Shown: positions 9,994 through 19,457 of the stretch, piece by piece
How the letters are laid out: the number at the start of each line of letters is the position of its first letter
How positions within the stretch are numbered: the first letter of the stretch is position 1
DNA from: an uncultured virus (IMG/VR IMGVR_UViG_3300033571_026375)
Taxonomy: Duplodnaviria; Heunggongvirae; Uroviricota; Caudoviricetes
Direction: 5' to 3' (one strand)
Virus record (IMG/VR): IMGVR_UViG_3300033571_026375
Span: 1-64,000 of that record
Length of the DNA stretch: 64,000 bases
The notes under the pieces: generated by a model
What the model saw: the letters and a program-made list of their open reading frames with translations, nothing else
Database searches by the model: none
What the model was told of the DNA's origin: nothing
Program-made: the position numbers and the translations under genes

Positions 9994-10380
9994 ATGATAT
10001 CAAAAGAACAAGAACAAATAGATATTATTAATAGTCTTGTAGACACCACCGATAAATTAAATATACTACTCATTTTACCGGAAAGTGCTGGTGATATTTT
10101 CTTATCTACTAGCTTATTGGAGTCATTCAAAGAGCTATATCCTGAATCATACATTTATTATGCTTGCAAACCTGAATATTTTCGTATTTTAGAGGATAAT
10201 CCTCATATATACAAAGTGATCAAATACTATCCCATCATGGAGAACCAGATAGCGATGGAGGGGTCGGGATTATGGAAAGGTCTTTTTGATATAAGCATTA
10301 TTTTATCTATTTTTACTCAAAGACACTTAAACTATTTGAATAATGGTCAAACAAAAATAGCCTTTAATATAAAGAAATAA
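9994..10380 (+). CDS. GT9 (heptosyltransferase)-like N-terminal domain as a stand-alone gene
   Basis: ESAGDIFLSTSLLESFKELYP...ILEDNPHI; start moved to ATG 9994. Confidence 0.7.
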   Translation: MISKEQEQIDIINSLVDTTDKLNILLILPESAGDIFLSTSLLESFKELYPESYIYYACKPEYFRILEDNPHIYKVIKYYPIMENQIAMEGSGLWKGLFDISIILSIFTQRHLNYLNNGQTKIAFNIKK

Positions 10381-10381
10381 A

Positions 10382-10939
10382 ATGCATTTATTAGAAACAT
10401 ACGCCGTGTCTTGTGGTGCTCAAATTGGTAAATGTTTTATCAAAGAAGAAAGCATGCCTCTGCCAAAAAATAAGTACATAACTTTTCATGGCTTCAATCC
10501 TAAGGGTTCGTCCAGACAATACGAACATTGGCAAATAGTTATCGACACACTATTGCAGCATAAAGAATTTGATCATGAGATTGTACAAGTCGGCGGACTG
10601 ATCGACCATAGATTTAATGGTATTAACACAGAGTATCTTGGAGCTACTTCTTATAATAATTTGGCGTATTTGATAAAACACTCAGAATTACATTTAGGTT
10701 TTGATAGTTTGCCTGTGCATCTTGCATCTCACTATAATAAAAAGATAGTAGCCATATACTGTCATTATAGTTCTATCTCTGGCCCCTATTTTTCATCATA
10801 CAAAGATATTAGAATATTACAGCCAGATTTTAGCCAAATTAAGCCAACTTATGGGTACAATGACCCGAATAATCTAATACAAAAAATTGATCCATTAGAG
10901 ATAAGTGAAGCAGTACTTTCTTTACTGTGTGGTAAATAA
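10382..10939 (+). CDS. GT9 (heptosyltransferase)-like C-terminal domain
   Basis: IVQVGG; LAYLIKHSELHLGFDSLPVHLAS donor-binding motif. Confidence 0.8.
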   Translation: MHLLETYAVSCGAQIGKCFIKEESMPLPKNKYITFHGFNPKGSSRQYEHWQIVIDTLLQHKEFDHEIVQVGGLIDHRFNGINTEYLGATSYNNLAYLIKHSELHLGFDSLPVHLASHYNKKIVAIYCHYSSISGPYFSSYKDIRILQPDFSQIKPTYGYNDPNNLIQKIDPLEISEAVLSLLCGK

Positions 10940-10943
10940 TATA

Positions 10944-11867
10944 ATGATAAAAAAAATAGCATTAAGATTAGAAGGAGGCATAGGAGATCACCTATGCGCT
11001 ATAAGATTTTTACCCGCTATTAAAGAGTTATATGCTGATTGTGAATTTTATGGATTTTCTGACACAGAGAATAACTATGCTGCAAAAAATTTGATAGAAA
11101 CTTTGTGGCCCACGCTTTTTGAAAACATAGAAGTAATACCTACAAAAAAAAATAAAAACTATATTATTACTCATCAATTTGGCACAGAAAAATATATAGC
11201 ATCTTTTGATAATATTCCAGATGAATATAGATACAAAATGTTAAATGATTATGACACATTGTATGATCTACATATAGATGGTCTGAAATGGATGAATTAT
11301 GATTTTAATTGGAATAAATATTTTTATCGATTCTTACCTATTGAAATAAATTTGGGGCCAAAAAAAGTAATAAAAAATCAAATAGCTATCAACTTATATT
11401 CGGACTCTAACGCAGCCAATAGGCTTGATACAGAGTATGTACAAAATCTAATCAAACAATTAGCACAAAAATATTCACTAGTAATATTAGCTACGGATGC
11501 CAATAAACACTTTTATGATTCATGTGCTCAGTATGCAGCCGTAGTGGTGAATAATATAACCAATGTGGCCAAAATTATACAAAATTCAGAACTATTTTTA
11601 ACATTAGATAGTGGCTTGAAATTTTTAGGATATTCGGTTAATACTCCCACTATTAATTTCTTGTCTCAAATCACAGAGTACGGAAATCTACCGGTTCATC
11701 AGTATATAAGATGGAATCCTTTTATATGGAGCGTAATGCCATTACATTATCCAATTTCAAATGTGCAACAACTGATTGAAGTATGTTCTAAATACAACAC
11801 AAACTTGATTCCCGGTGCTCCTTTGGATATTATAGATAATATCTTAGTAAAAAGAAATATCCAATGA
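10944..11867 (+). CDS. GT9-like glycosyltransferase (two-domain)
   Basis: GGIGDHL N-terminal motif; IQNSELFLTLDSGL C-terminal motif; start moved to ATG 10944. Confidence 0.7.
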   Translation: MIKKIALRLEGGIGDHLCAIRFLPAIKELYADCEFYGFSDTENNYAAKNLIETLWPTLFENIEVIPTKKNKNYIITHQFGTEKYIASFDNIPDEYRYKMLNDYDTLYDLHIDGLKWMNYDFNWNKYFYRFLPIEINLGPKKVIKNQIAINLYSDSNAANRLDTEYVQNLIKQLAQKYSLVILATDANKHFYDSCAQYAAVVVNNITNVAKIIQNSELFLTLDSGLKFLGYSVNTPTINFLSQITEYGNLPVHQYIRWNPFIWSVMPLHYPISNVQQLIEVCSKYNTNLIPGAPLDIIDNILVKRNIQ

Positions 11868-12883
11868 AAATCTATATAGATACGCCAGAAGCCCCGGGGT
11901 CCAAGGGGTCTTATAGAATAGTATCAGATAATATCAATATGGCCTTGGAACGACGAGGCTTATTGGCTTCAACAGATAATGAACTGACTCATTATGGAGT
12001 ATGTTCTTCTACTAATGTTGCTCACAAACATCCTGATAAAACTAAAAAGAATTTTTACTATTGTGCATGGGAAGTTTCTACAGTACCCGATTATCTTGTA
12101 CAGTGGATCGGAAAAGATATGATGATCGGAACAGCAAAATGGGTAGAGGACTGCTGGAACAGATCTGGATATAACAATACTTCTTCAGTTCTATTGGGCT
12201 GCGATGTTGATTTTTGGAAACCTTTAGACAATATAAATAAGTTCGATAAATTCACTATTTTGTGCCACACAACATCCAACAGTAGATCTGGTTTAGATAC
12301 TCTTATTCCAGTGTTTGGAAAATATTTTCAAAATAAGAATATCCGATTATATATTAAAGATAGACCAAATTCTAAATTGGCTCCTTTTATAGAAAATATT
12401 AATAAACAATATAATAGTGATATTATTTATGACACATCAGATGCAACAGATGAAGAACTGAGAATTCTTTATAATAGGTGTCATGCTCATATATATCCTA
12501 TTTTATGTACGGGTTTTGGGATGACTATAACACAAACTTTGTCTTGTGGAATACCCAATATTGTTACTAACTATTCAGCTCCGCCAGAAATTGTTTCGGA
12601 GAAAGTTGGATATCTGATTCAAGGAAAAGAGGTGCCTTTTACCCAAGCTATGGTTGATAGAATGCAGACAATAGGTATAGATAATTATATACCCATGACT
12701 CATTATAAATATCAACCATATATATTTGAACTAGATGAGGTTAGTATAGCGAAACAAATAGAAGCTATATTAACAAACTATAAAACATTTAAACCAGATA
12801 CTATTCATCAATATATAAGAGAGAATTTTAGCTGGGATAATACATGCGATAATCTTATAAAAGTATTACAGGAGCTGAGATAA
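11864..12883 (+). CDS. GT4-family glycosyltransferase
   Basis: LYNRCHAHIYP..TGFGMT...SCGIPNIVTNYSAPPE; FSWD near C-terminus. Confidence 0.8.
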   Translation: MKIYIDTPEAPGSKGSYRIVSDNINMALERRGLLASTDNELTHYGVCSSTNVAHKHPDKTKKNFYYCAWEVSTVPDYLVQWIGKDMMIGTAKWVEDCWNRSGYNNTSSVLLGCDVDFWKPLDNINKFDKFTILCHTTSNSRSGLDTLIPVFGKYFQNKNIRLYIKDRPNSKLAPFIENINKQYNSDIIYDTSDATDEELRILYNRCHAHIYPILCTGFGMTITQTLSCGIPNIVTNYSAPPEIVSEKVGYLIQGKEVPFTQAMVDRMQTIGIDNYIPMTHYKYQPYIFELDEVSIAKQIEAILTNYKTFKPDTIHQYIRENFSWDNTCDNLIKVLQELR

Positions 12884-14061
12884 TGATTAGTTGGCCATTA
12901 AATACAAATAATTTTACATTATCCGACAGAGAGCAAATTGCTAATTTTATACTTGATCAAAAAAATAGATGGACACAATCTGTCAAAGTTCAAGATATTG
13001 AAGACAAAATGTCAAAATTTATTGGAATTAAATACGCTTTATTTGTATCAAGCGGCTCGGCAGCCAATACTCTACTGGTACAATACTTCAAAGATCGGCA
13101 CGAAACAGATAAAAAATTTATTGTGCTTCCATCTACCACATGGCAAACCTCTTGCTCTCCATGGATAAGAGAAGGGTATGAGCCTCTTTTTGTGGATATT
13201 CAACTCAAAGATTTTTGCATCAATGAAGATATGCTGATGAGTCTACTAGACAAATATAGCGATAGTATAGCTGCTATCTTTCCCACATCTCTTATAGGTT
13301 TTGTTCCTAATATTACCTTTTATCAAAATATTCATAAACAATACGGAATCCCCGTAATGATGGATAACTGTGAAAATACTTTAGGACTATTTGATAATAG
13401 GAACATTTCGTCATATTTTACATCTACTACATCCACCTATTTTGGACATCAAATACAATCCATCGAAGGGGGCTTTGTGTTCACTTCTAGTCTAAAAGAA
13501 TACGAGTATTTTTTGATGTTGCGCAATCATGGAATGACCAGAAGCCTAGACTCATATGGTATAAATAAAGACCAATTTATAAATGATGATGTAGATGAAT
13601 CTTTTGATTTTTATTGTTTTGGTTCTAACTATAGAAATAGTGATCTTAATGCTTTTATAGGAATGTTAGATCTGGATAGAGCCACATATTATCAAAAAAG
13701 ACGTATAGAACTATATGCATTATACAAAACTTTATTGGATAAGAATAAATTTTATTTGCCAGATCCAAGATTACTGTGTACAGACGTTCCGTTCTGTTTA
13801 CCTATCGTTTCACAGGATCTTGAGATTACTAAAAAAGCCATGAAATTTTGCAACGATTCTGGCATAGAGTATAGACCTATCATATCTGGATTTTTAGGTA
13901 AGCAAACATGTTATAAAAACATATTTAATCAAACACATAACATAGATAGAGAGTATTCGAATTCACAGTTTTTACACACTAATGGTTTCTATGTGGGGTT
14001 ATATCCAGCTCTAAAAGAAGAACAAATAGAGTGGCTCTGCAAAGCATTAAATGTCCTTTAG
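12883..14061 (+). CDS. DegT/DnrJ-fold enzyme, ColD-like PMP-dependent sugar 3-dehydratase
   Basis: VSSGSAAN, DNCE, STYFGHQIQSIEGG (His at the PLP-lysine position), LRNHG. Confidence 0.8.
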   Translation: MISWPLNTNNFTLSDREQIANFILDQKNRWTQSVKVQDIEDKMSKFIGIKYALFVSSGSAANTLLVQYFKDRHETDKKFIVLPSTTWQTSCSPWIREGYEPLFVDIQLKDFCINEDMLMSLLDKYSDSIAAIFPTSLIGFVPNITFYQNIHKQYGIPVMMDNCENTLGLFDNRNISSYFTSTTSTYFGHQIQSIEGGFVFTSSLKEYEYFLMLRNHGMTRSLDSYGINKDQFINDDVDESFDFYCFGSNYRNSDLNAFIGMLDLDRATYYQKRRIELYALYKTLLDKNKFYLPDPRLLCTDVPFCLPIVSQDLEITKKAMKFCNDSGIEYRPIISGFLGKQTCYKNIFNQTHNIDREYSNSQFLHTNGFYVGLYPALKEEQIEWLCKALNVL

Positions 14062-14119
14062 TGGGTTTTCAAAGTAAAAAGCCTCCTTGAGGATAGAGGA
14101 CCTCTCTGTATCATATGAC

Positions 14120-14587
14120 ATGAGACCAACCTGGACAGATTATTTTTTAGGATTAGCCAAAGTCGTGGCAGAACGAAGTCATGATATTCATACCAAGCAT
14201 GGTTGTATAATTACTGATCAAAGTCACAGGATTCTTGGAGTAGGATATAATGGTTTTCCGAAAGGATTAAAAGATAGTGAATTGCCAACCTCTAGACCGG
14301 AAAAATATTATTGGATGGTACATAGCGAAAGAAATGCTTTATCTAATTGTATTGTCAGACCAGACAATGGAATAGCATATGTTACCGGTCAATGCTGCAA
14401 TGATTGCACAATAGCTTTGTGGCAAGAGGGGATTTCCACTATTTATATGATAGATGATCATGGTACACATTTATTTGACCAGGAGGCTCAAAAAAGATTC
14501 GATACTTTTGTGGAAATGAGCGGTATAAAAATATTTAAAATAGATCCGGATCTTTCGTGGCTGAGACAATTAGCTGGTGTAATATGA
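14120..14587 (+). CDS. dCMP deaminase
   Basis: RPTWTDYF, GYNG, HSERNA, CNDC zinc motifs; likely start ATG 14120. Confidence 0.9.
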   Translation: MRPTWTDYFLGLAKVVAERSHDIHTKHGCIITDQSHRILGVGYNGFPKGLKDSELPTSRPEKYYWMVHSERNALSNCIVRPDNGIAYVTGQCCNDCTIALWQEGISTIYMIDDHGTHLFDQEAQKRFDTFVEMSGIKIFKIDPDLSWLRQLAGVI

Positions 14588-14733
14588 TGCACACGCTGTT
14601 TTATATATTCGCTATTGGTTACTATTATCAGTTGTACATGACTAACAATTTTAACCCTGTCGGTAGAGAGTTTGCGAATTTGGTTATATTCGGCTTGCTA
14701 ACACTACTAATGAAAAATGGAGATAAAACATGA
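14584..14733 (+). CDS. 49-aa small membrane protein (not in the ORF track)
   Basis: MMHTLFYIFAIGYYYQLYMTNNFNPVGREFANLVIFGLLTLLMKNGDKT*; ATGA overlaps with both neighbours. Confidence 0.7.
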   Translation: MMHTLFYIFAIGYYYQLYMTNNFNPVGREFANLVIFGLLTLLMKNGDKT

Positions 14734-15704
14734 TATTTGATGAACAAATTAGTCGCAAGCCAGACAATTATCCTTGGACCCAAGAGTTCATAGAGGCTAT
14801 GCATAATGGCTTTTGGACGCACAGAGAATTTAATTTTAGTAGCGATATTCAAGATTTTCGTGTTAATCTTTCAGAACAAGAACAACAAATCGTTACTAGA
14901 GCCCTTTCTACTATCGGTCAACTAGAGATTAGTGTCAAAAAGTTTTGGGCCAAACTTGGTGATAATCTTCCTCATCCAAGTCTTAATGATATGGGATATG
15001 TAATGGCTAATGTTGAAGTTGTTCATGGTGATGCTTATGAAAGACTTCTGGAAGTGCTTGGTATAGACGATGCTTTTGATAATATATTAGAACTTGATAT
15101 TATAAAGGGCCGTGTAAACTATCTTAGAAAACACTTACATAAATTTCATGACAACAACAAGAAGCAGTTTGTTTATTCATTGATACTCTTTACATTATTT
15201 GTAGAAAATATAGCTTTATTTTCTCAGTTTTATACTATTAGCTTTTTTGGTCGGTATAAAAATGTTCTTAAAGATACAAATAAACAAGTAGAATATACAT
15301 CACGCGAAGAAAACTTACACGCTATGATCGGTATCAAAATCATTAATACTATCAAACAAGAGTATCCAGAATTATTTGATGATGAACTACAAGCCAAAAT
15401 AGAACACGAAGCCCGAGATGCTGTCAAGTATGAATGTCAGATTATAGAATGGATTGTAAATGGTTATGATCATGAAAAATTAAGTTCTCCACTATTAAAA
15501 GAATTTATTAAGAATAGAATGAACGAATCTTTAATAAAGATAGGCTATAACGGCATATTTGACACCGACCAAGATATTATTTCCAAGACGTCTTGGTTTG
15601 ATGAGCAAGTATTAGGAAACAATATGACCGACTTCTTTCATAGTCGTCCTGTTGAATATGCTAAATGTTCACAAAGTTTTGATGTGGACGATCTGTTTAG
15701 CTGA
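14730..15704 (+). CDS. nrdB: ribonucleotide reductase beta subunit (class Id-like)
   Basis: QLEISVK, EVVHGDAY, VENIALFSQF, REENLH, DFF...VEY. Confidence 0.95.
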   Translation: MIFDEQISRKPDNYPWTQEFIEAMHNGFWTHREFNFSSDIQDFRVNLSEQEQQIVTRALSTIGQLEISVKKFWAKLGDNLPHPSLNDMGYVMANVEVVHGDAYERLLEVLGIDDAFDNILELDIIKGRVNYLRKHLHKFHDNNKKQFVYSLILFTLFVENIALFSQFYTISFFGRYKNVLKDTNKQVEYTSREENLHAMIGIKIINTIKQEYPELFDDELQAKIEHEARDAVKYECQIIEWIVNGYDHEKLSSPLLKEFIKNRMNESLIKIGYNGIFDTDQDIISKTSWFDEQVLGNNMTDFFHSRPVEYAKCSQSFDVDDLFS

Positions 15705-15745
15705 TACTATTATTAGAAACATATCAGACAAGTAAAAGGGAAAGC

Positions 15746-17398
15746 ATGACAAGTAAAAAGTATTATTGGCTAAATTCTCATAGTCGCATATTTTTAGAGA
15801 GAGGATACCTAAAAGAAGGCATAACTCCAGAAGTTAGAATACGCCAAATAGCAGAAACCGCTCAGGCTATTCTAAATATAGATGGTTTTGCAGACAAGTT
15901 TGAGGACTATATGGCTAGAGGATTCTATTCCTTAGCCACGCCTGTCTGGACAAACTTTGGTAACGATAGAGGTTTGCCGGTGTCCTGCTTTAATTCTTAT
16001 ATTCCTGATACAATGGACGATATTTTAAATAAAGTCGCTGAGGTCGGAATGATGAGCAAGCTAGGGGGTGGTACTAGCGGTTACTTTGGTGACCTTAGAC
16101 CCCGTGGTGCAAAAATAAGTGTTGGTGGAGAAAGTAGCGGCCCTGTCCACTTTATGGAGTTATTTGATAAGGTTGCAGAAGTAGTTTCTCAGGGATCGGC
16201 TAGACGAGGATCATTTGCTGCTTATTTACCAGTAGAACATCCAGACATAGAAGAATTCTTACAAATAAGATCAGAAGGACATCCTATTCAAAATATGAGT
16301 ATAGGAATTACTATATCTGACGATTGGATGAAAGATATGGTGTCTGGAGATAAAGATAAAAGAAAAATTTGGGCAAAAATTATTCAAAAAAGATTTCAGA
16401 CTGGTTATCCGTATTTGATGTTTAGTGACAATGTGAATAATAACGCCCCTCAAGCATATAAAGACAAACGATTAAAAATAAGAAGTAGTAATTTATGTAG
16501 TGAAATAGAACTTTACTCTGATAAGGATAATAGTTTTGTTTGTGTATTATCCTCTTTAAATTTATTACATTGGAACGAGATCAAGGAAACAGATGCTATA
16601 GAAATATTAATTTATTTCCTAGACACTGTTAATGAAGAATTTATTCGTAAAACTAGTAATAGTAAATTTATGTCGGCGGCTCATAACTTTGCCAAGAATC
16701 AACGAGCATTAGGAATGGGAGTATTAGGCTGGCATTCTTTGCTACAATCTAAAATGATATCTTTTGAATCTATGATGGCTAAAAGTTTAAATGTAGAGAT
16801 ATGGAAAACAATAAGATCACGAGCAGATAAGGCTTCTATAGAATTAGCTAAACTGTTTGGAGAACCAGAATTATTAAAAGGATATAATCGTCGTAATGTT
16901 ACAACGCTTGCAGTAGCACCAACCACTAGTAGCTCATTTATACTTGGCCAGGTTAGTCCTAGCATAGAGCCTCTGAATAGTAATTATTTTGTTAAGAAAT
17001 TAGCTAAAGGCAGTTTCACATATAAAAACCCTTATCTAAAAAAGATACTGAAAGATAAAAATCATGATACTGAACAGGTATGGAAAGATATCTTGGTTCG
17101 TGGAGGAAGTGTACAGCATTTGGAATGTCTAACACAGGAAGAAAAGGATATTTTCAAAACATTTGGAGAAATAAGTCAAAAAGAAATTGTCATTCAGAAT
17201 ATCCAGCGACAAAAATATATCGACCAAGCGGTGTCTTTGAATCTTATGATACCTCCTAATTGTGCAGCTAAAGACGTGAGTGACTTATTGATATATGGCT
17301 GGGAAAATGGCATAAAGACTTTTTATTACCAAAGAAGCTCAAACCCCGCTCAAGAGTTGGCTCGTAGTATTTTAACATGTAGTAGTTGTGAATCTTAA
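15746..17398 (+). CDS. nrdA: ribonucleotide reductase alpha subunit, no ATP cone
   Basis: PVSCF, GGGTS, SNLCSE, APTTSSS, KTFYY, C-terminal CSSC. Confidence 0.95.
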   Translation: MTSKKYYWLNSHSRIFLERGYLKEGITPEVRIRQIAETAQAILNIDGFADKFEDYMARGFYSLATPVWTNFGNDRGLPVSCFNSYIPDTMDDILNKVAEVGMMSKLGGGTSGYFGDLRPRGAKISVGGESSGPVHFMELFDKVAEVVSQGSARRGSFAAYLPVEHPDIEEFLQIRSEGHPIQNMSIGITISDDWMKDMVSGDKDKRKIWAKIIQKRFQTGYPYLMFSDNVNNNAPQAYKDKRLKIRSSNLCSEIELYSDKDNSFVCVLSSLNLLHWNEIKETDAIEILIYFLDTVNEEFIRKTSNSKFMSAAHNFAKNQRALGMGVLGWHSLLQSKMISFESMMAKSLNVEIWKTIRSRADKASIELAKLFGEPELLKGYNRRNVTTLAVAPTTSSSFILGQVSPSIEPLNSNYFVKKLAKGSFTYKNPYLKKILKDKNHDTEQVWKDILVRGGSVQHLECLTQEEKDIFKTFGEISQKEIVIQNIQRQKYIDQAVSLNLMIPPNCAAKDVSDLLIYGWENGIKTFYYQRSSNPAQELARSILTCSSCES

Positions 17399-17414
17399 TA
17401 AGGAAATATAATAT

Positions 17415-17780
17415 ATGGGAAATGTTTTTCAAGATCAGACAAAATTTATGGTTGCTTGTGATCAAACAGTTTGTGAATGGAATGAATCTCAATTAAATAT
17501 GTATCATAATCTAATTAAGGAAGAAGCTCAAGAACTCCAAGAAGCTTTTGACAATAATGATAGAATAGAAATTCTAGATGCTCTTATAGATATTTTGGTT
17601 GTTACCGCAGGTGCTATTAATAGTATGGGAGCTGATGGAGAAGCCGCATGGGATGAGGTTATGAGAACAAACTTTGCAAAAATTGATTCAGAAACTGGTA
17701 AGGTTAAAAAACGAGCAGATGGAAAAGTTTTAAAGCCAGATAATTGGGAATCTCCAAATCTGAAACCCTATGTTATATAG
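17415..17780 (+). CDS. MazG-like / PRA-PH-like NTP pyrophosphohydrolase
   Basis: EEAQEL...EILDALID; V.RTNFAK...DGKVLKP. Confidence 0.85.
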   Translation: MGNVFQDQTKFMVACDQTVCEWNESQLNMYHNLIKEEAQELQEAFDNNDRIEILDALIDILVVTAGAINSMGADGEAAWDEVMRTNFAKIDSETGKVKKRADGKVLKPDNWESPNLKPYVI

Positions 17781-17785
17781 AGTAT

Positions 17786-17815
17786 GGTGTATATATCAAT
17801 GTAAAATTGGTATAC
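17786..17815 (+). promoter_or_regulatory. second copy of the GGTGTATA...GTATAC motif, upstream of phoH
   Basis: Matches the motif at 748; intergenic. Confidence 0.4.
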
Positions 17816-17841
17816 ATAACTCTATAGGTAAAGGGTAACAA

Positions 17842-18561
17842 TTGAGAAAAAATAATAAGAAGAAGAAGGTTATAGATGCTACAAAAGAATTACAAGTTCC
17901 TCAATTATACAGAAATCAATTAAAACCCAGGAGTGAAAATCAAAAAGAGTATATCAGAACAGTAGCCGAAAACACCATAACATTTTGTCAAGGTGTTGCA
18001 GGATCAGGGAAGAGTCATATAGCTATAGGCATGGCACTAGAATACTTATTGGATAATAAAGTTAAGAAAATTATTATCACTAGACCAGTAGTAGAGTCGG
18101 GTGAAAAAATTGGATATTTACCAGGAACAGCAGAAGAAAAATTACACCCTTACTTATTACCATTATTAGATGAAATTAATCATTTTATCTCTATGGCTGA
18201 GTATACATCATTGAAGACTAATAATAGAGTTGAAATTGTACCATTAGGCTTAATGAGAGGTCGTAATTTCCATAATGCTTTTATAGTCGCGGACGAATGT
18301 CAAAACGCTTCATACGATCAATTAAAAATGCTATTAACTAGAATAGGTAATCATAGTAAAATGATTTTAACTGGAGATACTAGTCAATCTGATCTACATA
18401 GACATATGCAGGGAGGATTTTATAATATGATTGATGCTCTTCATGGAGTTGAAGGCATAGGCTTGGCTGTACTGAATAATAGCGATATTGTTAGAAATCC
18501 AATTATAGGCAAAATTATAAATAGATTAGATTCTTACGAAAATGAAAGCAGAACACACTAG
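17842..18561 (+). CDS. phoH: PhoH-family ATPase
   Basis: GVAGSGKS, TRP.VE.GEKIGYLPG, MRGRNF, DECQN, TRIG, GDTSQSD. Confidence 0.95.
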   Translation: MRKNNKKKKVIDATKELQVPQLYRNQLKPRSENQKEYIRTVAENTITFCQGVAGSGKSHIAIGMALEYLLDNKVKKIIITRPVVESGEKIGYLPGTAEEKLHPYLLPLLDEINHFISMAEYTSLKTNNRVEIVPLGLMRGRNFHNAFIVADECQNASYDQLKMLLTRIGNHSKMILTGDTSQSDLHRHMQGGFYNMIDALHGVEGIGLAVLNNSDIVRNPIIGKIINRLDSYENESRTH

Positions 18562-19102
18562 ATGCTTAGTGCTCAACGGGGACTATTCTCCATTGGGTAT
18601 TATAGATTGGAAGAAAGCTATTACTTTAACATTTAAAGATAATAGTATTTCTAAAAATATAGAAGTTTTAAATTTTTATGAGAATGATTTTATTCAAGGC
18701 ATTAATAATAAAAAAATATTAATTCCTTCTGTGATTAAAACAATAAAATATTTTAAATTAAATCAAAAAGTTAATTTCTCTAGAAATAATTTATTTATTA
18801 GAGATAACTATACGTGCCAATACTGTGCTCGTAAACTATATCTGAATGAATTAACATATGATCATGTTATACCTAAATCACAATGGTTGAATCAAACTAC
18901 GCCCACGTGCTGGACCAACATAGTCACATCTTGTAGAAAATGTAATGCTATAAAGGGAAATAAAACTCCGTCGCAAGCCCGCATGAAATTAATGAATCAG
19001 CCACATATTCCTAGAAGATCATCTAAGTACTTGCCTCTGCACCGACAAGTGATTAATATAAACAACAGCGTTCCTAAGGATTGGTTAGTATATCTCGGAT
19101 AA
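18542..19102 (+). CDS. HNH endonuclease
   Basis: RDNYTCQYC, TYDHVIPKS, NIVTSCRKCNAIKG. Confidence 0.9.
   Translation: MKAEHTRCLVLNGDYSPLGIIDWKKAITLTFKDNSISKNIEVLNFYENDFIQGINNKKILIPSVIKTIKYFKLNQKVNFSRNNLFIRDNYTCQYCARKLYLNELTYDHVIPKSQWLNQTTPTCWTNIVTSCRKCNAIKGNKTPSQARMKLMNQPHIPRRSSKYLPLHRQVININNSVPKDWLVYLG
19031..19059 (+). promoter_or_regulatory. possible internal sigma70 promoter upstream of the zinc-ribbon gene
   Basis: TTGCCT-N17-TAATAT. Confidence 0.4.
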
Positions 19103-19105
19103 CTT

Positions 19106-19453
19106 ATGCCAACATATTCATATATATGTACAAAATGCAATAATCATTTTGAGCTTTTTTTCTCTATTAGAGACTATGATAGTAGTCCGAGATGTCCACA
19201 ATGTAATACTTCCAAAACTTGTCGTAATTATATTGATGATGTTTCAACTATAAATGCTTCGATAAAGAAGAATGATTCGGAACTTAGTACTTTGGGAGAT
19301 CTAGCAAATAGAAATAGAGATAAGCTATCAGAAGATCAAAAACAAGCATTGCACCAAAAACACAATTCTTACAAGGCAGAAGAATCTACAAAAGAACTGC
19401 CTAAAGGTATGTCTCGTATGAAAAAACCGCAATATAAACCCAGATGGAGATAA
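19106..19453 (+). CDS. FmdB-family zinc-ribbon protein
   Basis: MPTYSYICTKC...FE...CPQC. Confidence 0.85.
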   Translation: MPTYSYICTKCNNHFELFFSIRDYDSSPRCPQCNTSKTCRNYIDDVSTINASIKKNDSELSTLGDLANRNRDKLSEDQKQALHQKHNSYKAEESTKELPKGMSRMKKPQYKPRWR

Positions 19454-19457
19454 TTGT

